Source: Ophelia neglecta (lineage: Eukaryota). Taken from it: a stretch of DNA of 64,000 nt. The translations under genes and the position numbers were made by a program. Under the pieces are notes generated by a model, which was not told the DNA's origin, did not search any database, and saw only the letters and a list, made by a program, of their open reading frames with translations. The stretch is from the NCBI GenBank assembly GCA_965285935.1, contig OZ260665.1, positions 59,582,001 to 59,646,000 of the forward strand. The letters run 5' to 3'. Positions 1-14,368 of this stretch are shown here, piece after piece. Each line of letters starts with the position of its first letter. The first letter of the stretch is position 1.

Positions 1-1695
1 AAATGTATTTTGGATCAGTGGACTTTTCTTCTATCTGGCAGACGACGTATCGTCAGGCTTTGAGGCCACGGCGTGAGGCAATCGGGAAAACAGCGAGGGT
101 TTTGCAGTAGTGTGATGGTATTGTACTCGGCCGCCTGAGAAATAGTCCCGACCTTCACCATAATCCTTTGATGTTCATAATGCAAGCTTCCAATTAAAAT
201 TGGACAAATAAAGTAGATGAAGCTTTCCAGCCCAATGAGGTGCACCGTGTAAGCTTTGACGTTTAAAGACTGAGCCAGTACAGTGGGATGGTTGGCGTTC
301 CCCCGGCCCAGCCAGACAAGAGAAGGATTCAATCGATCCCCGCCACCAGATCGGTCGGCCAGATAGGGTGCAGATTGCAGACAATGTAATTTTATCGAAG
401 TTGCGTGTAGCAATACAGGGCGGCTGTGCTATATTTCAACGAGTCGGTGTCGGGTGATTTAGACGGCGTGCGAGCGGTAGAAGAGGTCCATCTGCCTGGT
501 GGCCGGAGAAAGTTTTCTTCATCCCGGACGCACTAGTATCTTTATGGCTGACTTATTACTGTACATCATAGCCTGACCCTATAGCCCTGTCTTGGTCGAG
601 TCTGGCATGTTTATTTGCGCACTATTTTCCTCGTTCTCCTACGTAACGAGGCCCAGCCCGGCTTTACACGTGGCAGCTTTAAGACCACATAATACCACTT
701 GGTACGGCTTTAAGTCGGCACTCGATAGTGGACGGTGAAAGAAGGAAACTCAACGATTTGCATGCAAATGCTCCAAACGGATTTGTGAGCCAACATTTAC
801 GACTATCCAGCCATGTGTACAAGTGGCCCGACGAGAGAGCTGATATTATATTTGATTTTCTCTTCATAATAGAGATGGCAAACCATTCGATGTTCTGGGG
901 CGAACTAATAAAACGATAATAAACCGGAAGCGATCAACCGGGCTGAATGCTCTACGTTCACAAACCCCATGCAGAAATCAGTAGTGTAGTTTTAATTGGT
1001 ACATTTTGGCTTTTCATAATAACATTTCGGGTAACAATTTCTTCTCGGATGCGAATACTTGGCCATTTTCAATGTTTTTGTTACCGTCTTAGTAATCTAT
1101 TGCAATCGGTAATAGTTTTTATTTTTCTTAATTGATACATTCTCTTAAATGAAATTGTTTTTCCGTTCAGAAATAAGATTCCACCTTCTGAAACGAAGGA
1201 GTACATAATTGTAGTACAATAACCAACAAATCTGTTTTTTTGTTGCCAGTCATGGAAAGTTTTTTCACAAGAAAAGTGGTTTTGTGGCCAAACTCGCAGT
1301 ATGCCTTCAACTTTTAAAGTCAGAGAACCTGAGAAAATAATCATTATCTTCTCCATATCCCAATCACAGACGAATAAGATTGGTTTATGCGTTTGAGAGC
1401 TCATGTCATATATAAGGCTAATGTATGGCTGACAATAAAGGCCGATCCATAGTCATTTATAATATGAGCACAAGAAATAGATGAAATAAAAGGCTTCTGC
1501 AATTTAGCCGAAAATCATATTCGTTTAGGGCTCCATGAATCAATCATACTGGTAATAGCAATTGTTAATTTGGTCTATGCCGGCGATTATGGCGATCAAC
1601 GTATATTAAGCATGCGAGTGATTAATACACAAGACAGTCGGAAATCGTTGGCTGAAACAGTCCCAATACACTCATACATGGCTGTCCGAGCCCAG

Positions 1696-1839
1696 CCGCT
1701 GTACCCGCTGTACCCGCTGTTCCCGCTGTACCCGCTGTACCCGCTGTACCCGCTGTACCCGCTGTATCCGCTGTACCCGCTGTACGCGCTGTACCCGCTG
1801 TACCCGCTGTTCCCGCTGTACCCGCTGTTCCCGCTGTAC
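1696..1839. repeat. 9-bp minisatellite (CCGCTGTAC)x16
   Basis: 16 near-perfect units with TTC, TAT and GCG variants; it explains the PLY/SGY/QRV repeat ORFs. Confidence 0.97.
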
Positions 1840-3852
1840 GCAGGTAGAAAGTATATCACTGACGGTGGTCAACTACATGCTGTACAGTAGATTAAAGAAA
1901 AATCATTTAAAATGTGACTTCTAATGTGTTCCCTCTTCAGTCCGGCAGGAGGCATGTTTCCGCAATAATAGGTCTTCATTTGGATAGATATAAATACATT
2001 GGGACTAAAGAATTAAGCATCTACACCTTTCACTTCACGCAAAAAATAGCTCGAAAACAGAAAGTACAGTTGTCCATATGACCATCGTTATACATTTAAC
2101 ATTTTACTCATCAAAACACTCGCAATATGACTAGATCAAATAAAGACATACATAGAGCCATGAAATTAAATATTTTAATTTCATGCATATTATATCACTC
2201 TTGATAACAGCTTTTTTCTAAGAAAAAGTATATTTCACGTGCATTTATTATTACCATGATTATCATTACTATTATATTTAGGCGCGCTCGTATTCGATTT
2301 GATTCCAGATGCTCCCGATTCCGCCCGCCTGCAAACAGGAATTAATAATCCAGAATGTTACAGGAAGAGAATGTTATATATCGTAAGCTGTGTCGTCTGT
2401 CGTAGAGACGCGTGGGGGGGGGGGTGACATGTTTGCCGGCTGTTTGGTGTGTCACACGGTTTATAGCACACAAACATGATGGATAACCGATGTGACATCG
2501 ATTCATCAACGCCAGTGCGTCTCGTGTTCCGCTAGACGCCTTCCATCCAGGCTTAAGTGGCCTACTTATAAAAATCCCATGATTTCCCAGTCTCATTAGA
2601 GCCGGGCCGAGCTTTCAACGGGTCAAATATAATTGAATCGCCGCTAATTCGTACTTGTGGTGATTATTTTAACAGATTGTCTTCGCACTTGTGATTCTTA
2701 ATTCTTGTCCAAAAATGAACAGAATTTGCCAGAATCATCTTTCATGGGGACATTCTGGGACTTACAGGTTATATAATTATGTAAGACTAGCATGCCATGT
2801 TAGGACAATGTTGCATAAAATAAGTACACTGTGGCCTTATTATTAGCTCCCCGGGAAAAAAACTGAAGGATGGCCGGTAAATTCTACAGTCTGCTGCAAG
2901 AAGAACCAACAGTACATGCCAAGGCTTCTGCTGTATAGCTCGCGCAGCTTGTATGGAAGGGAGCAATATTGAGGTCCGGTGAGCTGAGTTGCCTCGGAGA
3001 GGGTCACCGGTATCGGTGAGGAATGACTGATGAGTGCGTGTAAGAGCAGGCATGGAGTGGCCCTCTGGAGTCGACAACCAGCCAGCAAATACTGCCGACA
3101 ATACGGGTGCCAATACGACCAAAAGGCCATTGCTATGGAAACTCTGGCCGCTGGGTGACGTTCAAGAGAAGAGGACACGATCGCGAGGTTACGTGTACCT
3201 GCTGCCCGAGGCTTTTACAGGCCATGGCTTTGGCGAAGTTACCGGCTTGCAATATAGATCTACATAGCATAACATCCCGGTATAACGCATAAACATTACA
3301 GTGTAAGCAGCTGCAATGAAGGTTTATGACTGATTCATTAATATTTAGGGACTGGTAATTGAAAATTCGGTTCCTGGATTTTTGTTTCCTAAAATATTTA
3401 TAACATCAACAATCAGTAAGAAAGGAGCAAGAAAAAAGGACAAGAATAAGCTTATATCTATTTTATTTCTTTATTGTCTTTCTAGTGGACATCGTGAGAA
3501 ATATGTTGGATATATGGACCCTGTCGGCTTATATTGCCTTAAGAAGTCTTTGGTCACATTTGAAAACTCTTTAAGAAGTTTCCCTTTTAATGGCATTTGA
3601 AATAAAAGGAATTAACACCAAGCAAATATAATTCTGTTGGAAGGGAGAAACTAATCATGTTTTTGGTTACGATGGTAAGTGCAATTGCATCAACTACTTT
3701 CAAGATCGCCAGGTTTTTTATTGGATTATACTACTTATATGTTGTTGAGTTATACTATTTATCCATTCGTTCCTTACGGCTCCCAACTCGTATTGTAGTT
3801 GTTAGCATTTCCATATTGGCTAAAGATACCTGACTGTAGGTAATAGCTCAGA

Positions 3853-3970
3853 AGAACAATCTATTTGCCATTAAGGGTGCCGCTTCTCGTTTCCACGCTT
3901 AGTCGTCACATTACTCAAACGGCACCAATTGAAAGTGAAACTTAAAGGTCTTAGTAGACCTAAAACAAAA
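3853..3970 (+). repeat. Dispersed repeat, copy A (inverted partner at 23925-24031)
   Basis: agaacaatctatttgccattaagggtgccgcttctcgtttcca aligns with the reverse complement of the 24-kb copy (agaacaaaccatttgccattaagggggacgcttgtcctttcca). Confidence 0.7.
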
Positions 3971-6538
3971 CTAAAATTATGGCAGTGAAGAGTATGCGTG
4001 CTATTGTAGTTCCAGGGTATGTTTTTAGAGTTAATTATTTTGTTCTAATGCTTCTAATCGTGTTAACAAACTAATTAAACTGACTCGTTTGCGATAACAA
4101 TATAAACGTTAAACTCACGTATCTAATCCCAATTAACAAGATAAACTCGCTATTGTCATGAATGTTGACGCCCTGCGTACGGGGGAAAAGGCCACCGAAG
4201 TGCCATCAGAAGCTCTCGGGGACAAGCCTTTCCACCAATTATCAAAGGGTCATTTACCCCCATTGACCTTGGCTTGATTTTACCCTGGCTCAGCGCCATA
4301 TTCTTTAAACTCTATCCTATAACTTAAGCCTTGTGTGCTTCGATATTTCCGCGTGTTAGATTATAGTGCCAATTTTAAATTGCTGTGTACGAATAGCATA
4401 AGAAAAATCCAAAACCCGCTAGATTCGGATCTTGATATTCGTCTAAGCGTTTATTTTTGCTACACATTCCGACAGATCACGGTACGGGAACGGGTGTACA
4501 GTGTACAACTGGGCAATTACGTACAGTAAGCCAAAATACATGTTGAGCCATAACCCAGCAATATTCCAGTCATGTGACTGAAAATCACCAGTACAGGTAA
4601 TTGTTTTCAATGGTTTACCAGTTATATGTTGGTTATAGTCCGTACAGAGTGAGCTCCTATACTGTGCAACAGTACCAGCATTAAAACATAGATTCCACGC
4701 TGCACGACATTTGAACCAATGGCGGTATAAAGAATGTGTTCTCTTGCGTCATGCTTACCAACCACTTCCGGTTTACACGCGAGATATAAAATCCGGCGTT
4801 TGCGAACTTCAGTGGAAAGCATGAGTGCTCAATATTCAAAGGCATATACTGGAAAACAACGAGAGTGTCATAAATGAGAGATTCGGTAGAAATAAACCAT
4901 AAAAAACTCTCGCCTAGTTTACTGTGTTTGACAAAATTGCGGAGGCTACCTTCGCAAAGCGGCTTACAAGAGAGAAAAGGAAGAATGTGGTTGGGCAAAC
5001 AATAGAGTTTAGATCATGAACTGAAGCAGACGACATAGTGTTGCTCTGCGTTAAGGCACACACACTAACTCTTCTCGCCAATGTTTCATTCTTTCCGGAT
5101 ATGCAGACATCTGGTGTGGCTTGCCAGACCCTCTTGAACCGACAACTACTTGAAACCAAGAAAGAACCTTACAGTGCCGACAGAAATGGGACCTACTTTC
5201 CGGTTTCGATAGCCTACTCGCACCCTTGTGTTTACAAAGAAAAGACAGTGGAAGTGGGTCTCGACATGCGCCGGAAGTACACATAAATGGACATCATGCC
5301 AAGAGCCAGGAAATCATTACACGTGTTTGGTGGGCATAAGAGACCCTCAAAAATGGCCGCCAATCTATTAAAGATGGGAGTCGCTGACAGTAGGCAAATA
5401 TATGGATGCAACATAGCCAGTTACAGAGAAATTGGCAAACATGCTCTGTTGCTCATTATGCTGGAATTCTATACCAAACAGCTACGACCCAGCCTTGTCG
5501 TGAATGCTGATACGATTAGAGATTTGTAGTCTGACAGCAACCGATTGTTCTCGTCTTGGAGGGTGGCACTTTTAACAAACATAAAAGGCATGCCGTTAAA
5601 GGAGGGAGAAGCTGAGCCTTGTGAAGAGTGTTTTATAGATGTTCGATGCTGAGAGTTGGCAGTGGGATCCCTCGGGGCCGTCTGCCGCACACCTATTCGC
5701 TGGGTGACTAGGCGTCCCTGTCACACAGTCACAAGCCCGAGCCGGCTTGGGTCACAAATGGCCGCCATTTCGCCCAATCACCAGCTAATAGCTACAGAAT
5801 AGTATAATTTATCCGACAAATGGCTTCCGTGAAAGGGGTGGTAGATTTGTTTAAATCACGTCACTGAGCCACACCTGCTCTCCGACCCGCCACTTAGGTT
5901 CAGGGCAACATTAATGTAGCGAGGAGCACGACACGTGCACGTTACTAATAATTACATAATTATGCTACAGGCATGGAGTCACAAAATGGTTGAAGGTTGA
6001 GCAAGGACCACATTGGCTATAACATGGCAAATCAAAATGTTGACCATGTTAACTAGCTATAGCTAGGTTGAATATAATAAAATCATAACCTCTCAATTGG
6101 ACACTAAATATAAAATAAACGTGGACAAAAATAATTTCGTATCCTAGATGGTTATTCAAATGTTGAGTTCCGTATCATTCAAATAGTTTGTGCAATACGT
6201 TGCCAGATATTATTAACCAGAAATACAAAACAATTCCCACTTCTGACGCAATAAAGTATAAAAAGTTTGCACAAAAATGTGTTGATGTCTATCGGTCGTT
6301 ACCCCATTAAGACCCATACTGTTAAGTTGTCATTTTGCAGCTTTTGAGACCAGAGGATCACCCCTTTTTCGAACAATCTAATAAGCTTCCGACATCACAT
6401 GATGAATGAGTTACACAGACGACACCCGAGGTCACCATGACTGTACAAAATATGCCACACTAGCAGGAATACCCGTGAAACAAACAATGATATCTTAAAC
6501 AAACAGCATGAAGAAGAAAGAATCGTTTATATAATATT

Positions 6539-6540
<2 letters not shown>

Positions 6541-6615
<75 letters not shown>
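6541..6615. repeat. (AAT)25 microsatellite, possibly the 3' tail of a minus-strand retroposon
   Basis: Perfect AAT run. The adjacent minus-strand sequence gcgcgatatttaaataa(att)n resembles L2/SINE 3' ends. Confidence 0.95.
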
Positions 6616-9600
6616 TTATTTAAATATCGCGCAACGCCGAGAATGGATAATATGCGAATGGTGACACTTTGATGGTGTGACAGAATCGAGGGTTTGAAGA
6701 TCCTTGACGCCTAAGCAAAATATGACTTCGCTTAACATATATAGACCTAGATGTATTGATTCTTTGTTCTTGAACGACCTTGCCAAAGGGATATCTTTAG
6801 TTGAGCCAATCCCTACCTCCCCTCGACAGTATTCATGACCAAACATGGAAGCGGCATCCCCTTTGACCCGGGTGGCTATCTGCATAATCATTGCGTTCCC
6901 TGGAAAAGCCAGCAGCATTCATGTGCCGGCAAAATTCTTCCAGTTCGGCCATAGTCTTTTCACACACTTAATAAAATACATACATACATATAAACGCGCA
7001 TGTCTACCGAAGAGTCGAAGGAGCTAGGACATTCTAAGATGTCCATGGTAACCAATAGGCTTGACGGACGTGTCTTCATCATGTACGAGATAGTCGGGTA
7101 AATTCGTCCACCGTTTTATTCTGCACAGAATGCATAAAATAGCCTTACCCCACGCACACGGTAGCTTCATGGTCAGCAAGTAGCCCTTAGTTCGCTCAGA
7201 TTACCGTTTGATGCCCGGAATATTACAAAGTGCAAAATTACCTGAGTTTACCCTATTTGGACTATTCATCTTATGAAGCCAGCACTGTGACCCTGTAGCT
7301 ACAGTTAATTCCGACAATGTACCATGCTTCTCTGGGGCTAGTGCATCAAGTAACCCACAGGGCAATTCTTGCATATTTGGCAAGATTTCTCTCTTGTTCG
7401 TATCCAGCGCATCGGCAGGTCCGACCGATTTTGCCCTGGGGAGTCATCGGGTCTCGTCTCCCCGGGCACACGACAATAATGACTTTGGTACTAAGAAAAT
7501 GGCTGCACTATTAATAAGGCTTGCAATGAAACCTCCCTGACGAGACTGCTTCATATTTTCAGTATAGGGGACAGATACGAGCAGATACCAACAGTCATGC
7601 AGTGCTTTGCATATAAACAATCCTGATTTGACCTTTGGGTTATTCTCGCGAGATGCAGACGTGCGTGGCAGCACCGTCAAGGCCTTGACTTCCTGTTGGT
7701 CTACTCTGTTGTCCACTCTGTCATATAACCGACATTGAACAAAGATTTTAGAGTAAAAACAAACCAGCGAGTAATATGATACTCTGATTGAAGTATGAGG
7801 CCGGTACATCTAACTACGACTAACCTATACTGCGTGGTCAAGGCCTGTCACTGACCCTATTGGGAGAGCGCTGGTCAACAACCTTGTTAGTATACATGTA
7901 ATTTGTAGCAACAATTTTATGCGAAAAAAGGCCAAGGTTGACAGGCCTTTGAAAAGATGCGTTGTGACAAGGGAATCAAATCGAACAAGATATGAAAAAT
8001 GATTAAAACGTAATAGAAAGCCTTAGTCTTCACCGAGGCGGACTTGGTCAGATCCATCACCGATTATAGGACTTACAGCTCGGGGACACAAATGTGGATC
8101 GATATGCTTATGTGCTTACTTTTCATTTAATTATACCCTATTGATAAATAAAAGAGTGTTCACCAGCTGACAGAATCGTGTATGTTTGAAGTAACACATC
8201 CTCCCGCCTGCCTCGAAGGTTCGCTGACAGTCTTTTGTTAGCTAGCTAGCTGTATATTTATTCTAGTCATCGTGAAGCTTACGTGCATGGTTTTTTAGTC
8301 ATTTCCTCTTTGTGGTATCAGAGTATACGCTGTCGTAGCTAATGAATTGCTTGTTACCTAATTGATGGACCGGCCGAATGATAAGGCCCTTTTCAGAAGA
8401 GAATTCCAGCCAAGCTTGTTTCTTAGTAAACCCCCATCAAGGAGACTGAAAAAGGTGCATGGCTCTCAGTAGTTCAGCTCAATTTGAACAAGTGGCCAAA
8501 GAGCGCATTACATTAATAGCCCCGCTCGTAAATGTACAATGCAATGGATGGGAAGGCCATTTTCATATTGTACCATCTAGGTGGTGGTTAGTATGATGCT
8601 GTAGACGACGGAAACACCAACGTCGAATGAATTTACAAATATATATAGTTAAGCTAAAGGTGTGTTGACAAATAATCGTAAGTCAATTGCCATGCAAGAC
8701 AAGAGCCCACCCGATTGCATTGGCATTGCACACGTTGCATGCCTTGTGGAAAATAATTTTATTGAAATAAATGATGTTCATGAATCATCACAGTAATAAA
8801 TCGTTTGACTTCATGCACACAAAGGAGCATAGATTGTGGCTGAAGGGCATTCTTCTATTTAAGGATGATTCTCCAAATTTGGCAACGTGAACAATAGATC
8901 GGTTTTCGCTCTGGAATAGCGATGTGACACTTATTGGAAATATGGGCGCCTTGACTGGAACTGGGGCACTGTTAACCCCCAATCACAGCTGAGGAAATGT
9001 AGGTTAACAGCGTGGCTTATTCCATTTATCTATCTAAGCTCCGAGGACAGCTGGGCAGGGCTCATCCAATTATAATTAATAACAATCGGTCGGTAAGATC
9101 TGGCCTATGGCTGGCAGAACTGAAGGCGATACATCATCTTGCAATGGAGAGTTTTGCTATAGGTGGAGAGAGGGCGGGGGAAGGGACATAGATGGAACTC
9201 ATTATACCTAGATTATCTCCGCCCCGACAGGGATTCAGCTCAGACTCACCCCGCCTCTATATGCAAACCGTCTCATGATATATTTCGGCGAGCCTAAAAT
9301 CTTCATCACTATATCGACAAATTTTCACCGGAATACAGGGAGGTCCTCTATATATAGTTATATTCTGTATGCATATATAGAACTTAGTACTAATAGATGG
9401 GCGAAGTGCAATATCGAAGCCCTTCACTCTTCCAACAATATCTATTCAACGATTGCCGTCACTATTGCACTAGCGTCATAAATCATTTTCTGTAGTCGGA
9501 AAAGTAATATGGCCTTGAGTAGAGATGCTTTATGTCTGCATGCAAAGCTACACCCATCTCTCAACCTGCACACAAACGCGCAGGCGTTGCTGATGTTCCG

Positions 9601-12600
9601 GCAGAAACCCGGAGAAGCGTATGTATCTTGTTCTTGGCGGCTAATTCGTTTTTCCTGTTGAAAACGTCACTAGATGGCCTTTTCTGGCGGCCTTTTCCAG
9701 TAAACAGCCCGGTTGGATACTGTTAGCGGCAGCCGCCTGCACATCCTCTGCAGTGTGCCCGGCCAGTTAAGGGCTTTTCATGAATAGGAATTGTACTTTA
9801 CGGCCTTTTAGAATGCCTCCGGAGAAAACAAGCGCTGGTGTGAAAGAAAGACACTACAGGCCGACTCTTTGAATAATTCATATTGTCCTTTAAAGGCGGG
9901 AAGGCGGCGAGCGTGTGTAGAGTACGGAGGCGAGCGAGGGGATGGCAGCAGAGACAGTAGCCTGGGGCACAGTAACAGACTGACAGAAACGGCCTCCAAC
10001 GCTAATACCCCACCTCAAAACTGTCTACATATTTGTTAGTGTCGACAAATATAAGGAATAGTAATCACACCTGAACGAGAGTGCCACGATATCGCCATGA
10101 AAAGTGAACTAAAATGGCCTCTTTTAGCCCAATAACCAAATGAGAGTCTGGGAAATCCATGGACCTATCGGTACGAAATGTCTAAGCACGCAGTGATGGT
10201 TGAGATATTGTATATCAAACATCACAATATTCCTCGACTATGTTCAAACAGCCAACCAAATTAGATATGTATCAACCATGTCAGGAATTTTGCAATATAT
10301 TTACAATCGGCATGAGTGATGTAAACATGGAATTTGTAATAAAGTTTTGCAATGCCGCTATCTGTTTTACCGAGCGCGCCGACACCAGCAATGTACTAGC
10401 TAACTCGTCCGTAATGAGAGGCACCTATAGCATGGCCAACCACTTGATCAGTATTCGCCATTTGCGGCTGAGCCTCTGTGGATAGCCGGCAGCGAAGAAA
10501 CACATCTTGGAAGGTCACGGGGCGGTTAGAGCGTTTAAATAATGCAGCATCCTGGTTGCCTACCGTCGGATAACAGACTGATGAAAGAAAGATTGCATGG
10601 AGCGAGTGTGTACATTGAACATAGGCTCTCCTTAATACAGTCCAGCATACCAGTAGAAAAAATCACCCTGCCATTCTTTCATTTTTTAAAAACAGTTGTG
10701 GTTAAAAGCATATCTTAGAATATAGAAACACATCATCTGGCCTAAAACGATGGACATGCTGTTTTTTAATTTAGTTTTACTCTAATTTCAGCAATTTCGT
10801 AGAACATTTATTCAAGAATATGAGAAAATCATAGTCTTGCTGACAAGTATCTACCATTTAATTAACTTAATGTCAGCTGTAACATGCCAATGTAGATTAT
10901 TTTTCCGTTGTGAGTCATACCTCCCTCCGCTGTTGTCGTCTGGTTCTAACATGCGGCGCTGCTCGCTGCCTCCACCCGATCGCTGTTCACTTTGACCGGA
11001 CAAACAGACAAATCTGACCGTGAGCCAAACATGTTCATTAGCGGACACAGTCCTCCTTCGGCGTTTTTCTGGCGCTTTAATTGTCGGTGACAAGCAGTGC
11101 TCAAATATCGTCCGTGAATGATTTATGAAGCAGCGTCCCAATTGCCTTGCCAGCATATAATTTGATTGTGAAAGAATCTTGCCGTCGAACTCTACATCTC
11201 TTTATCCTTTAAGAAGGGGGCCACCGTACATCATTTTATGTCAAGTTCTCTGGCCCCGCTGATTGGTGCAGCTTTATCGTTCTCTTGTTTCATTAAATAG
11301 CATGGCAGTGACCTCTTTCAAAGCTATCATTCTTTGTTCACCCAGCTTACAAACGAAATAAAACATACAGGCCTGCATGGACATGTGTTTGGTTCAATGT
11401 AAAGCAGGCAAAGCAGGGCTCGAGTGTAAGGTCACAAAATCGTCCAAAATCAGAAGAAACAATTGGTTCCATGATGTCTAAGGCAATTTTTGCAATTAGT
11501 CCAGAATAGGTCTATCCAACCCCCTTCCCTTTTCCAAATAATGAAGTAGAGTAATTGCAGGCCTTGACAAGCCGACGCACATAATTGTCTTTTGTCTAAT
11601 AAAAAAATTGTTTTTCGACAAACTGTTTATAATATTATTTACCGCGGTATGCTATTTCATTCTCACTGGAAAAACAATTTTGATTGGCGTTCGAACTATG
11701 CACGGTGGAACACTATCTTTATTACTAAAACTGCTCACAATGGCTTGTCAGATGACTTATTTTGGTCTATATTGTTCTGACAACATTTCTTCCTATCTCG
11801 ACAGTAATTCCCACTTGGTCAGCACTAACAGGTAGGAAACAGGTCGCTTACCACTAATGCGCTACAGACAAGTGCGATATTCCTCTAACTTCCGGTCCCA
11901 GCTAATGATCTAGATTATCCCTAAATCGTTCTTTAAGGGGGCAATATTACCATTCGGTCCATTTAACTATTGTTGCCTATAATATAGTATGTAACTGCTC
12001 ATGCTGTGTGCAAAATACGCGAACATGCATGTACATGCATGTTAATGATTTAAATCGTGAAGGACGCTGGAGCATGCTCGTCATGCGCCTATACATTTAT
12101 TAAGTCATTGTCGATGCGCTGCTACAGAAAGCATGATGCTCCCAGTTCCTGCTCACTGGCTCTGATATACTATGTCAGGTTTAATCATGGGATTGGTTTA
12201 TTAGAGAAGTATATGGCCCATTCCAGGCAGATGAAAAGGCACTTTTCAGAATATGTATTTCTCAGTGGAATCATCAAATATTGCTTTTACCTTTTGACAA
12301 CATGATAGGACTATATAATCTTTGGTGTTGTTTGGTTTGAAATGTGACATTTTTCCGGGGCAACCGTTTGTTAATCAATAGTCTAAGTTTCAATGAATTA
12401 ATGAGCATTTCAATTGCTCAACGATGTTGTTTATATAAATCTAGCCTCAAACTCGACATCGATACGACGTCCTATACAGTGTTAACGACTGGTGTCAACA
12501 ATGTCAATATCATCTCCATCGTGTTTTTCACTCATACTTTTCTCCTGGGAACTGGGGTCAGTCGTTCAATTGCCGGCTATGTTTAGGACTTGCTGTTCCT

Positions 12601-14302
12601 TATCTTTCCTGTCCAGCCCCTCAGGAGCAACTTGGCAGTCGCCAACGCCGCTATCAACGATATAACCGATAGACGAACTTTCATTGTCACTGATAATTCC
12701 TGACGCTGATTTGTCAGTCGCCTTGGTCTCGAGACTGACGTACTAGCCACGCCACTCATCAATATGATATCACACAATATTCTTCCTATATCCATGCAGA
12801 TTTCCCCTCATACAGTACGTGAGCTTATCGGATACTTCTGTTGGGTAGATGTGGTTCTGTATTAAATTCCATACCTGTTACACAATGCAGAGCCTCTCAT
12901 ATGGTTTCACTGATAAAGTCATCTTGTTTGTACCTTTACTTGGCCTAATAATTCTGACAAAATAGTCCTCAGTACGAGCCGAACGTTGATTAATCACATC
13001 GGCGGGGACCGTGTGAGACATCGTTTTTCGAATAAGTTCATCGTGGGCTAGCATTCCGCTGTGCTTCCCTATTGATGTACATACATAAATTCTGTTATGG
13101 TGACACCGTCACCGAGATTCTCCCCTCGGCCACTGCTTATATTGCTTTCCGGTTGTAGGAATTAGGCCGGTCACTTGAGTAATACGGTTTGCCGTGAGCC
13201 TATTTGATTAACATCCCACTACATTTAAGCTTATGAAAACGCCATTATCCCTAATAGCAACCACAAGGATGGCTAAATGCAGTGCAAAGGCAAGCCTCAA
13301 GCCACGACCTTCGGCGTACTGAAATGTAGGGCCGGCTGAACTGCACGGCCTCCCCTGGGTATGGTCAAACTGCATAAAACGGGTGATTTATATTCATGTG
13401 TTGCTATTCTCACTTAGAGCAAACATGAGTTGTGTATATCTCAAAAGGTTCATGTTTTATAGCGACTCGGTCGTCCCTCACATTCCAGTAAATTGAGTTG
13501 AACGTCCTTGGACCTGTATGTCTGCCTGCCTTTTAAGCGGGCGGTAACACTTTACTGCTGATAACATTTGTCACTACAGCCATTATATTTCTTTCAAATA
13601 TTGGGTTGGTGCGTGTTATTCTAACTGACGCTGTTTTATAATATAATAGATAAACAGGCGTTCCCTCGGATCAAGCACCCGTGTATATATACAAACGAAA
13701 AACAATACTCATGTAAAGCCTTATAATTCCCAAACCCGGCTTATGTTTTTATTTTGTATCATGTGATCTTCTGTTATTGTTTGATGCATCCTTGTATTGA
13801 TACCGCTTTAATTCTCAACGGATCAACTTATCTTATTTATGTGTCAGTTGTGACTAATCAAATAATAAATACTAATTTGAAAGTAACGCCTCCTTAATTA
13901 TATTAGGAAAGACAAGTGTGTTCGTTTTTCAGCCACATCAAATTGCAGTTGTATTTAATTCTATTTAATCTGACACCATTTTGCATATATTTGATTGCTT
14001 GTATGAATTAATGTTGTCAGATTTAATATTCATATGCATATGGAAGACAAACGTCAAATCATGCCTGCTGCTAAACTCTATATATTGCAAATAAATTGTC
14101 TCTGTGTTTATTTTCTAATAAATCGTATTAACACACTAACAGGACAAACCCTGTTTGACATCAGGGACTTGAGCTGCCTGGACTAGACTCTGATACAGTT
14201 GTAACTCATAACTGGCCAGTACATCTATTGTCACGTACACAATTAAGGCGGGGACGAGAGGACCATGTCCAGATGGTCCCTTGCAGGAGACGGGACCCAA
14301 TG

Positions 14303-14368
14303 CTGCTGTGGGATTTAAACCTATTCCTTGAACGCTCTCCCTCAGGCGCCCAAAGGTTACGGCCACCA
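14303..14368 (-). mobile_element. Possible decayed tRNA-derived SINE head
   Basis: Minus strand ggtggccgtaac..tgggcgcctg (A-box-like) followed by ggtttaaatccca (B-box-like), with tRNA-like spacing. Confidence 0.25.

Noticed and set aside
1570-1890. ORFs with PLY, SGY or QRV repeats
   Set aside because: By-products of the stop-free 9-bp minisatellite; the flanks are not protein-like.
5038-5529. Two consecutive same-frame ORFs separated by one TAA
   Set aside because: No recognisable domain or splice structure; compatible with chance.
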